13,464 nt of DNA, from assembly GCF_006345805.1 (NCBI RefSeq), contig NW_021826174.1:1-13464 (forward strand), read 5' to 3'. Of this stretch, positions 1 to 8,948 are shown one piece after another. The notes under the pieces are model-generated. The model ran no database searches, had not been told where the DNA came from, and saw only the letters and a list, made by a program, of their open reading frames with translations. This stretch comes from Octopus sinensis. Lineage: Eukaryota. The translations under genes and the position numbers were made by a program. Numbering within the stretch: position 1 is the stretch's first letter; each line of letters begins with the position of its first letter.

Positions 1-110
1 ATATATGTGTATGTATGTTATGTATGTATGTATGTATGTATGTATGTATGTATGTATGTATGTATGTAGTATGTATGTGTGTATCTATGTATGTATGCAT
101 GTGTATGTGT
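1..110. repeat. (ATGT)n microsatellite, imperfect
   Basis: Direct tandem tatg/atgt units from the window start. Confidence 0.95.
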
Positions 111-249
111 GTATTATATATCATCTAATACACACGCACACACACATACGTATATTAGATCTAGATGCATGTAGATGTATATATATATATGTGTGTGTTT
201 ATGTGTATGTAGTAGGTATATATGTAAATACTGTTGTAAATGTATGTGT

Positions 250-260
250 CTATCTGTCTG

Positions 261-336
<76 letters not shown>

Positions 337-363
337 TTATCTATCTGTGTGTGTGTGTGTGTG

Positions 364-450
<87 letters not shown>

Positions 451-463
451 TTATCTATCTGTC

Positions 464-561
<98 letters not shown>

Positions 562-605
562 ATTCATTCATTCATACAAACATACATACATGCATACATG
601 CATAC
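250..605. repeat. Compound microsatellite (TCTA)n/(TCTG)n/(TG)n, then (CATT)/(CATA)
   Basis: Directly visible tandem units. It accounts for the low-complexity ORFs 5..670, 175..645 and 240..752. Confidence 0.95.
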
Positions 606-882
606 AAGCTATGTACTTATGCATACTTACACCTACAAGAATTAATTATTTTTCATGGGGTTGGCCATAAAACACAATATAAACTCCAGGTGAGAGGAAT
701 CCAAGCCGAGGTTTCAATTTACCTTGGAGTAATTTCAATTTACCAGTTGTGACTATGCCCATGGGTAAGTCATGACTGTTTCAAGTGAAATATTAATTAC
801 TGTCTTCACTAAAAATGTAGAACCTTAGTGTTGACTCAGCTGAATTCGTGTGTTGAGTAGCAGATGGGGCGGGGCAGTAAGG

Positions 883-1047
883 TAAGGCGTGGCTGTGTGG
901 TAAGAAACTTGCTTCCTAACCACATGGTTCCGGGTTCAGTCTCACTGAGTGGCACACCGAGCAAATGTCTTTTACTATATTCTTGGGCCGACCAAAGCTT
1001 TGGGAATACATTTTGTAGACGGAAACTGAAAGAAGCCTGTCCTGTCG
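883..1047 (+). mobile_element. tRNA-derived SINE family B, 5' half only (tRNA head plus CORE-like segment)
   Basis: A-box-like TGGCTGTGTGG at 890-900 and B-box-like GGTTCAGTCTC at 933-943. Colinear with the reverse complement of 8788-8947. It stops at the internal (TA)n of the family and no 3' half follows. Confidence 0.88.
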
Positions 1048-1104
<57 letters not shown>

Positions 1105-1171
1105 ATATATATATATATATATATATACTAAGCAATAAAGGGTTTAGCACGAATTGCCTTACCACATACCG

Positions 1172-1209
<38 letters not shown>

Positions 1210-1217
1210 CATACATA
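1048..1217. repeat. (TA)n runs enclosing a ~45-bp unique island (about 1128-1172)
   Basis: Directly visible. Confidence 0.9.
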
Positions 1218-1396
1218 CACACACTGCGTCCCACATTATTAGGCAAATCAACCTTCTCTTAATAAATAAATATATATTCGTTCAGATCAGTTGTTTTTTT
1301 CACTGTTGGCAAAACCTTTCTGCACACATTTTCGTTTAAATATATCGGATCTGTGCAGCTGCCAAGAAATGACACTGTGGTCGCAGTGTGTGTGTG
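1218..1396. mobile_element. Degenerate Tc1/mariner-like MITE (~180 bp)
   Basis: Left end CACTGCGTCCCACATTATTAGGCA (1222-) aligns with the reverse complement of the right end, CACTGCGACCAC(agtgt)CATTTCTTGGCA (ending 1388). TA lies outside both ends (1216-1217, 1397-1398) after short (CA)n/(TG)n extensions. The TIR resembles Tc1-type CACTG...ATTATTAGGCAA termini (recognition). Confidence 0.6.
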
Positions 1397-1487
1397 TATA
1401 TATATATATGTATGTATGTATGTATGTGTATGTATGTATGTATGTTTTTCATTGTGTCTAATTTGGTATCTACCGGTTAGGAATTTG

Positions 1488-1713
1488 TTGTAGACATTGT
1501 TGTAGAGCTGAAAAGGGGGTAATTTCTACTCTTCTCCTCTGGAAGCCATCTACTCGCAATACCAGAGGGCGCACACTCTCCTACCCTGATGTAATCTCCA
1601 GAGATACAGGCATCCAGCAACAGGACCTCCGTAATGCCATGATGGACCGGGAAGTCTGGCGTAGCATGGTAAATTCCATTGTCTCGACCACGGTCGAACA
1701 ATGATGCTGATGA
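1488..1713 (+). mobile_element. 5'-truncated RTE-clade non-LTR retrotransposon 3' end (ORF2 C-terminus plus (TGA)-type tail)
   Basis: Frame 1495-1704 reads HCCRAEKGVISTLLLWKPSTRNTRGRTLSYPDVISRDTGIQQQDLRNAMMDREVWRSMVNSIVSTTVEQ*, which fits the RTE C-terminal pattern (GHC...LLW.P...RGR.....D.I.RD.......M.DR..WR). Tail TGATGCTGATGA. Perfect 10-bp TSD TAGGAATTTG at 1478-1487 and 1714-1723. Confidence 0.88.
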
Positions 1714-2421
1714 TAGGAATTTGAATCGAATCGATTCCTTTTCACTTCACCGTGATTGGAATTCTTGTTTGTAATTTTTACATTTAGAAAAACGAAATCA
1801 TAGATTGGAAAAGAGTAAACATCTTTCTGTAACTGGAATATTATCATTGCGACGAATGAACTGGACATGAAATAGAAGTTTTTTTCCAGTACCTCAAAGA
1901 TGTAAAATGGATGCATGTATCAATGAGATGCTTACAAAAATGAGAGATTACTGACCGTCACTCGATAACGATAAATGGCGATTTGTCTAATGGTGGGTTA
2001 ATCATAATCAATTAACTAACCTACTGCGTTCGGTTGCGAAGGTAAAAGCGAAGAGAATGCAAAGGACCAAAATTTTATCTCGATTGCTCGATGCATTTGA
2101 TAGCCCCAGCTTCTTCTTTCACCAAGTGGTCTCATCTAAACATCGCGCAGTTTATTTGATTATTTTCATTAAGCAGTTTTGCCAAGTGGTTTTATTTTTT
2201 CCTATTTTTCCATATTTTCTCATGACACCTCATCCAGCATATATCTCTCTTTTGCGTGAACAAATGTCACGTAAGTTACATTTTTAAAAATAGAAATTGC
2301 TGAAGAAGACGAGAACTTATGAACTGAAAATAATTTGGGCCTTAGCGCATCATCAGTCACCGATGATAATGTCCTATTCATGTTTTATTCACGGCAATAA
2401 TTGATTTCGTTTGAAAATATA

Positions 2422-2812
2422 TCTTTATATATAAAAGTCAAGTTGTTTGTCTGTCTCCTACGATTTACTTCCTAACTACTCCCACATTTGGCGATCCGTT
2501 ATAACCAAACCGGGTTATCTTATAGTCGTGATTCATATCGAGCCCTTCTGGGTATTAGCGCGCGTCTACGATGAGTCTACGATTTAAAAAAAAATTACCA
2601 TCAGTTTTTTTTTCCATTTTAATGCATTTTTTTCGCTATTATATAAGGAAGTACTCTCTAAAAATGTCTACGAATGAGTCAACGATTTAAAAAAAATTAC
2701 CATCATTTTTTCCATTTTAATGCATTTTTGGCTATTATTTGGCTATAACTCTAAAAATGCTTATATAGTTATTTCCCTTACAAACCCGAGCAACGCCGGG
2801 CGATACTGCTAG
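2422..2812 (+). mobile_element. Non-autonomous Helitron (391 bp)
   Basis: 5' end A|TCTTTATATATAAAAG. The 3' GC-rich hairpin CCCG(A)GC-AAC-GCCGGG (2785-2800) is followed 8 nt later by CTAG|T (2809-2813). Inserted between A and T with no TSD. Confidence 0.9.
2564..2758. repeat. Internal tandem duplication (~102-bp unit x2) within the Helitron
   Basis: gtctacgatgagtctacgattt(A)nttaccatca...ccattttaatgcattttt...ctctaaaaat at 2564-2665 repeats at 2666-2758. Confidence 0.92.
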
Positions 2813-3110
2813 TTTAGAATATAGGTATCGCATCTAGTTAATGAATTTTATTCCCAAGAAAAATCACCACTCTTCTAAACAGCAAGCCATCGCCATTAAT
2901 GTTCATTTTTGTATTTGCCGGCCCTCACTGATCTCAAACACCTCTCCAAAAGGGATCCTAGCAATATGGGGCAAAGAAAACTAAACTGAATAAAGGTTTA
3001 AATTTATATTTTATCCTAATGTGAATCAAGACATATTGAAGAAATCGTCCGATCTTCTAGGTTTACAAATTGTCAGTCCATACTTCGTTACCCCTCCACT
3101 CACTGCATGT

Positions 3111-3495
3111 GGTGGAAGCACTCCGTCGGTTACGAAGATGAGGGTTCCGGTTGATCCGAATCAACGGAACAGCCTGCTCGTGAAATTAACGTGTAAGTGG
3201 CTGAGCACTCCACAGACACGTGCACCCTTAACGTAGTTCTCGGGGATATTCAGCATGACACAGAGTGTGACAAGGCCGGCCCTTGAAATACAGGTACCAC
3301 AGAAACAGGAAGTAAGAGTGAGAGAAAGTTGTGGTGAAGAGTACAGCAGGGATCACCACCATCCCTGCCGGAGCCTCGTGGAGCTTTAGGTGTTTTCGCT
3401 CAATAAACACTCACAACGCCCGGTCTGGGAATGGAAACCGCGATCCTATGACCGCGAGTCCGCTGCCCTAACCACTGGGCCATTGCGCCTCCACG
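3111..3495 (-). mobile_element. Full-length tRNA(Arg)-derived SINE family A
   Basis: Minus strand starts GTGGAGGCGCAATGGCCCAGTGGTTAGGGCAGCGGACTCGCGGTC (A-box; TCG anticodon-loop-like), with a B-box-like GGTTTCCATTCCC. The 3' stem-loop is GTTGAT-TCGG-ATCAAC. Perfect 13-bp TSD ACTCACTGCATGT at 3098-3110 and 3496-3508. Confidence 0.93.
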
Positions 3496-3861
3496 ACTCA
3501 CTGCATGTAATGTTATTATGTCTCTGTTGCCTTTAGTTAGACTTTGACATTTCAGCTGTATGAATTATAACGGAAAGAAGGAGATCACATGGCGCACACA
3601 TATTTCTGTTTGGTGGACGCGAACAGTGATTGAAGTATAGTGCTGGATTCAATGATATGTATCATTTTGTCTCTTTCTATTTGCTATTTGTAAAAATTAT
3701 TATTTTCAACCGCCAACTGTTGGAGTGTGGGTGGTTCTTCCGAGTTTTCTGCAAATTCAATTACATCAGCAGGGTTCCATACCATTTTATGGCATCGCAG
3801 ATATTGTGAGTGGTCTCCCACGGCCTTCTAACAGAGCAGCGTAACTAATTGTAAAAGAACG

Positions 3862-3948
3862 AGAAAGAGAAATACAAAGAGAGAAAAAGAGAGAGAAGGA
3901 AAGAGATTGAGTGGCAGAGAGCGAGAGAGACACAGAAGAAAGAGAAAT
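3862..3948. repeat. GA/AG-rich purine tract
   Basis: Imperfect (GA)n/(GAAA)n. Confidence 0.75.
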
Positions 3949-4002
3949 ATAATTCGGTAGTTGATAATTTATTTATTGGCCTCTGGAGAAATAAAGGTAA
4001 TG

Positions 4003-4154
4003 TGGGAGGCGCAATGGCCCAGTGGTTAGGGCAGCGGACTCGCGGTCATAGGATCGCGGTTTCGATTCCCAGACCGGGCGTTGTGAGTGTTTATTGAGCG
4101 AAAACACCTAAAACTCCACGACGCTCCGGCAGGGGATGGTGGTGATCCCTGCTG
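4003..4154 (+). mobile_element. SINE family A, 5' 150 bp only (left arm of fold-back)
   Basis: Near-identical to the reverse complement of 3345-3494, and ends abruptly at ...GATCCCTGCTG. Confidence 0.93.
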
Positions 4155-4496
4155 ATGAGGGTTCCGGTTGATCCGAATCAACGGAACAGCCTGCTCGTGA
4201 AATTAACGTGTAAGTGGCTGAGCACTCCACAGACACGTGTACCCTTAACGTAGTTCTCGGGGATATTCAGCGTGACACAGAGAGTGAGAAGTCCGGCCCT
4301 TTGAAATACAGGTACAAAAGAAACAGGAAGTAAGAGTGAGAGAAAGTTGTGGTGAAAGAGTACAGCAGGGATCACCACCATCCCCTGCCGGAGCGTCGTG
4401 GAGCTTTAGGTGTTTTCGCTCAATAAACATTCACAACGCCCGGTCTGGGAATCAAAACCGCGAGTCCGCTGCCCTAACCACTGGGCCATTGCGCCT
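4155..4496 (-). mobile_element. SINE family A, near full length (lacks the last ~25-30 nt; 14-bp deletion in the tRNA head)
   Basis: Colinear with 3138-3490. The deletion lies between the two TCGCGGT direct repeats of the head. Confidence 0.93.
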
Positions 4497-4598
4497 AACC
4501 CGGTAATAAGTAGGTGTTTGGAGAATCGATCTGTATGATAGATGCGATTTCGATCACTCAGCACCGAAGTACTCCTTCCTTCTATATGAGTCAACAAA

Positions 4599-4725
4599 GA
4601 GGCTACGATGTGGTTACTTGAAATAACAGCCAATCTGTGGATATTTGAAATAACAGCTAATCTCCGTCTGACAGCACACACACATTATCTTAAAAATGAA
4701 GGAACACATTGAATAGCGCAGTCTT
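4599..4725 (-). mobile_element. Old degenerate interspersed repeat (family D) with a 27-bp local duplication
   Basis: The reverse complement of 4704-4723 matches 11765-11784 at 15/20. The GATT(T)GGCTG(T)TATTTC motif is shared with 5843-5882 and 11952-11977. ttgaaataacagc(c/t)aatct is duplicated at 4618-4636 and 4645-4663. Confidence 0.6.
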
Positions 4726-4808
4726 AGTCGTCTAGAAAAATAAAAATAAAAATAAATGACGAAAAAGTCATGGTCGGAACGCCTATGATAATATGCGCAC
4801 TCAATGAA

Positions 4809-5045
4809 GACGGTGAGCTGGCAGAAATGTTAGCACGCCGGGCGAAATGCTTAGCGGTATTTCGTCTGCCGTTACGTTCTGAGTTCAAATTCTGCCGTGG
4901 TCGACTTTGCCTTTCATCCTTTCGGGGTCGATAAATTAAGTACCAGTTACGCACTGGGGTCGATGTAATCGACTTAATCCGTTTGTCTGTCCTTGTTTGT
5001 CCCTTCTGTGTTTAGCCACTTGTGGGTAGTAAAGAAATAGGTATT
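4809..5045 (+). mobile_element. tRNA-derived SINE family C, full length (tail type 1)
   Basis: A-box-like GAGCTGGCAGAAATG and B-box-like GAGTTCAAATTC. Colinear with 12559-12791 and with the reverse complement of 12086-12316. Confidence 0.92.
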
Positions 5046-5209
5046 TCGTCAGCCGTTTATGTTCTGAGTTCAAATTCCGCCGAGGTCGACTTTGCCTTTC
5101 ATCCTTTCGGGTTGATTATTTAAGTACCAGTTGCATACTGGGGACGATCTAATCGACTGGCTCCCTCCCCACCAAATTTCGGGTCTTGTGCCTAGAGTAG
5201 GAAAGAATA
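5040..5209 (+). mobile_element. SINE family C, 5'-truncated second unit with a different 3' tail (type 2)
   Basis: Starts at GGTATTTCGTC (internal position 4856 in unit 1), matches unit 1 up to AATCGACT (5158), then diverges into GGCTCCCTCCCC...GAAAGAATA. Confidence 0.88.
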
Positions 5210-5842
5210 CATGTAATCAGTCAGGGTTGAAACGGGGCTAAATGACTACAACAGCAACAAGAATAACAGGCAACAGCAATAGTAACCCCTCATTTACAGA
5301 GGCAGGAGAAGAAAAAATGGGAGAAGATAAACAATATGGCGCCGCTCGGGTGTCGAATTGATAAAATAATGAGTTGTTTGGTTGCCAACCGCCGAATTAT
5401 TATTCCGTCATGTGAGAAAAATTGAAGTGGTTGAGATGGAACAAACTCGGGCTGTTGTTATTGTTGTTGTTGTTAGAAAGAATTGGATGTAGCGATGGTG
5501 GAGGTGGAAGGAAGTATCAAGCTTATTTTTTTTCGAATAATAAAGTTACTATTAATTTTTTTTTAATTGATACTTGTTATTATTGAAATTTCAGTAACCA
5601 GAGATGCAACTGAAAAAAAAAACAAAAACAAAAAACAAGACAAAACAAAAAACAACAGTTCACACCGAATCATTCAAACTACATTGTCCTCATTTGTTGA
5701 CGTTGTTGTTGTTGTTGTTGCATAGTTTTTGCCACCCAACAAGGTCAGCTTTGAACGAGAAAAAACTGTGGTGAAAGATATTATTTCTGTGATTATGACG
5801 CCTTCTTTTGTACTGGAAACTGCATTATTGAATGACGTCTCA

Positions 5843-5882
5843 TAGGTTGTGATTTGAGCGGTGTTTGGCTGTTATTTCTAGC
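5843..5882 (+). mobile_element. Family D repeat fragment
   Basis: GTGATTTGAGCGGTGTTTGGCTGTTATTTCTAG is similar to 11950-11977 and to the reverse complement of 4620-4670. Confidence 0.5.
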
Positions 5883-6092
5883 GATATCAAATGCCTGTGC
5901 AGAAATTCCTCTCTCATTGGCTTTATTGCTATCATGTGGTAGAGACACAGACACACAGACAAAGGAACCCGTGCGTACATTTGTGTGTCTCTCTATAATA
6001 TGTTAATCAGCAACTGTATATGTATGTACAACATATATATATCCATATATATAATATATATATATAGATATATATTATATATATTATATAAT

Positions 6093-6525
6093 ATCTCTTT
6101 TACTAATTTACTTTTTCAGTCATTTGACTGCGGCCATGCTGGAGCACCACCTTTAATCGAGCAACTCGACCCCGGGACTTATTCTTGTAAGCCCAGTACT
6201 TATTCTATTGGTCTCTTTTGCCGAACCGCTAAGTTGACGGGGACATAAATACACCACATACGTTGTCAAGCGATGCTGGGGCACAAACACAGACATACAA
6301 ACATAGAAACCGCCACACAAACACACACACATATATATATATAATATACACATATATATACGTATATACGACGGGCTTCATTCAGTTTCGTCTACCAATC
6401 CCACTCACAAGGCTTTGGTCTGCCCGAGGCTTATAGTAGTACCACACTTGCCCAACAAGGTGCCACGCAGTAGGACTGACCCGGAACCGTGTAGTTGGTA
6501 ACAAGCTACTTACCACACCAGCCAC
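6093..6525 (-). mobile_element. SINE family B, full length with internal (TA)/(TG) microsatellite
   Basis: Colinear with 8549-8947 along its whole length. Confidence 0.92.
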
Positions 6526-6534
6526 ACACACACC

Positions 6535-6614
<80 letters not shown>

Positions 6615-6675
6615 ACATTAAGATTCCGTAGAATTAGCTACTTAATTGAGCACCTTCCTGTGTCGGTATATCATT

Positions 6676-6746
<71 letters not shown>

Positions 6747-6752
6747 CTATAT
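6526..6752. repeat. (AC)n/(TA)n/(TG)n compound microsatellite with a ~60-bp island (about 6613-6675)
   Basis: Directly visible. Confidence 0.9.
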
Positions 6753-6884
6753 AGTAAACCTCCACCCAAAAAAACGAAGAACAAACACAAAAAAAAACAA
6801 CGTGAGTACGTGGTACTTGTAAAGTATTAGCAGACGCTCAGTAAGGAAAGATGGTTTAACGTTTCGAGCAACGCTCTTCTTAAG
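6753..6884 (-). mobile_element. Microsatellite-bounded repeat island carrying a hammerhead-like motif (putative Penelope-like pLTR or retrozyme remnant)
   Basis: Homologous to 9476-9616: shared AGAAGAGC...GCTCGAAACGT and TGAGCGT...CTAATAC on the minus strand. Bounded by (TG)n(TA) and (ATGT)n. Confidence 0.55.
6855..6884 (-). ncRNA. Degenerate minimal type I hammerhead ribozyme-like motif
   Basis: Minus strand reads CUUAAGA-A-GAGC(GUU)GCUC-GAA-ACGU-U-AAA. Stem II, GAAA and the palindromic ACGU stem III are intact. Core G5 is changed to U and the 5' stem I strand is replaced by microsatellite. Confidence 0.4.
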
Positions 6885-7188
6885 TATGTATGTATGTATG
6901 TATGTATGTATACACACACACACACACACACGTATATGTATATATATATATATACATATATATAAGTCAAAAATTGTGAAGCATGACTGTCACCACTAAT
7001 ACATGTACCTGAAGATTGCAGAATTTAATGCATGCAATTTCTAGTTCAATCAGAATGAACATTTAACATTCTACTATTTTATTTTATTTTATTCTATTAT
7101 TTATATTATCTTATAATATATCATTATAAGATTGTAAATAAAACGTGAAAATCAGACAAGGTTGGAATTCCTTTTATATATCTATATC

Positions 7189-7238
<50 letters not shown>

Positions 7239-7255
7239 ATATATATAATAATTAT
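6885..7255. repeat. (ATGT)n/(AC)n/(TA)n runs around an AT-rich island
   Basis: Simple repeats visible at about 6885-6963 and 7180-7255. Confidence 0.8.
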
Positions 7256-7560
7256 ACTAGAATAAAACTATATAAAGAACGTGAAATTCACGAATTGACA
7301 AACACGGAAAAACGGACAGTAATTCAGAGCCTTCATTCTTCAGTCAGAAACCGATTCATCATGGCAAATTTCGGCTGTTTAATCTGAGATTTGCTCCGAA
7401 AGGCCAGCCCCAGGAAAGCTAATCTATGGGCATTAGATTGCTTGGTAGAAGGAAAGAATGTGACAACAGAGACGAACAGGAAACAAGACGAACATAAAAT
7501 TTACAGTAACGAATAAAAACAGGAATGATACGGGGGCGTCATACGACTTTGAGACAAAAT
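7256..7560. mobile_element. (TA)n-bounded interspersed repeat, family E (class unknown)
   Basis: Shares AAGAACGTGAAA (7275-7286 = 9987-9998), CAGTCA(A)GA(A)ACC and CAA(A)TTTCG(G/C)CTG (7365-7377 ~ 10063-10074) in the same order with the island at 9958-10076. Confidence 0.6.
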
Positions 7561-8548
7561 GATATATATGTATATATACATACACTCACACATATGTAAA
7601 CATATATGTATATGTATATGTGTGTGTGTGTGTATGTGTGTGAACATAATAAGTGAGTAGGTAAAAGATAGAGAGAGAAGGAATAAAAGATTGATCATTT
7701 ATAAAACGCAAATATTAAGATACATAAAGTGGATGGTTCAGTAATAACCACGAAGTTCAAAGTGATTCCTACATACCCCTTAAATACCTCTATTTCAGTT
7801 CCTATTCTCTGGCAAAATCTAACACCGTTTTGCCGAGGGGAGAGCATGCTAAACCTGCAGTGGAAAACGAAACGAGAGCCTTAGGGTTTCTATAAATAAA
7901 TTATGCGATCTACGAAAACTTGATAATTAAACACAGCGCGTTTGCCGTTATATCTATGGTTCGCTGCTATCAAAATCGCTTAGTTCTGAATAACAACCTC
8001 AAATGCTGGCAATCGTGTAGGTTTGGAACGTACAGGCATGTTAAATCTTTTGACCGCTGCTTCTGCTGGGAAATTTTACAGCTCTTGGTCAACTGTAGAG
8101 AAATTAAAACGATTATTGCTCCGGCTGCAATCAAGATCGCAGCACGATATTAATTTTTTTTCTTCTCTTTTTCTTCTTTTTAAGGGAAGAACTGTGGAGT
8201 GTGGATTGACCTGATAGAAAAATAGTCAACAAAATAAAACTTTTAATTCCAGTTTGGGACAGAAATCAACTGAAAAATAATGTGTATCTATAATACGTAT
8301 ATGTATGTGTGCATGCACGTATGTATTTTGGGTTGAATGGGAAGTGTGTGTATGTATGCATGTGTGGATATGTAAATACATATATAAATGTAAAAATGCA
8401 TTTATGAATGCATGTAATACGTCCATACGTGTATCTGTAAATGCGTGAGTGGCAATATAGTTTACATGCTACAAAGCTTAGTGGGCAAACTTGCACATAT
8501 CGATTGATGCCCTTGTGTGCGTATATATTTTGAAACATATATTCTTTT

Positions 8549-8947
8549 TTTTTTACTTGTTTCAGTCATTTGACTGCGGCCATGCTTGGAGCACCGCCTT
8601 TAGTCGAGCAAATCGACCCCGGGACTTATTCTTTGTAAGCCCAGTACTTATTCTATCGGTTTCTTTTGCCGAACCGTTAAGTGACGGGGACGTAAACACA
8701 CCAGCATCGGTTGTCAAGCAATGCTAGGGGGACAAACACAGACACACAAACATATACACACACATACATATATATATATACATATATACGACAGGCTTCT
8801 TTCAGTTTCCGTCTACCAAATCCACTCACAAGGCTTTGGTCGGTCTGGGGCTATAGCAGAAGACACTTGCCCAAGATGTCACGCAGTGGGACTGAACCCG
8901 GAACCATGTGGTTGGTTAGCAAGCTACTTACCACACAGCCACTCCTG
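8549..8947 (-). mobile_element. SINE family B, full length, youngest-looking copy
   Basis: Minus strand GCAGGAGTGGCTGTGTGGTAAG... with A- and B-box-like motifs. CORE-like ACTGCGTGACATCTTGGGCAAGTGTCTT at 8860-8887. 13-bp direct repeat CATATATTCTTTT at 8536-8548 and 8948-8960. Confidence 0.93.
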
Positions 8948-8948
8948 C

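Noticed and set aside
5-752. Long ORFs 5..670, 175..645 and 240..752
   Set aside because: They are stop-free readings of (ATGT)n/(TCTA)n/(TG)n microsatellites (MYVC, IYLS repeats) with no protein-like content.
690-771. Possible 76-nt exon between CAG (687-689) and GTAAGT (766-771)
   Set aside because: The acceptor lacks a pyrimidine tract, and no recognisable peptide is encoded.
2057-2287. 76-aa ORF MQRTKILSRLL...
   Set aside because: No recognisable domain, and the middle is a T-rich tract. Only the 33-nt sub-segment with splice signals was kept, as a low-confidence finding.
3415-3494. tRNA-Arg-like sequences (also 4003-4080 and 4440-4496)
   Set aside because: These are SINE heads followed by family body sequence, not standalone tRNA genes.
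4151-4210. CTGATGA...hairpin...GAAA at the fold-back junction, resembling a hammerhead core
   Set aside because: GAAA does not directly follow the stem and there are no stems I or III. The motif is created by chance at the junction.
3021-4430. ORFs 3021..3236, 3228..3410, 4178..4381 and 4245..4430 with similar peptides
   Set aside because: Their similarity comes from being frames inside copies of the same non-coding SINE A.
5328-5350. YY1-like ATGGCG motif (similar words near 1975, 10360 and 11540)
   Set aside because: A short motif expected by chance, with no CpG island or other promoter evidence.
7008-7040. CTGAAGA-TTGCA...TGCAA hammerhead-like start
   Set aside because: The required GAAA and stem III are absent.
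7920-8214. ORFs 7920..8153 and 8023..8214 in unique sequence
   Set aside because: No recognisable homology and no convincing splice-site pair. The region is unique and could still hold regulatory DNA, but nothing supports a call.
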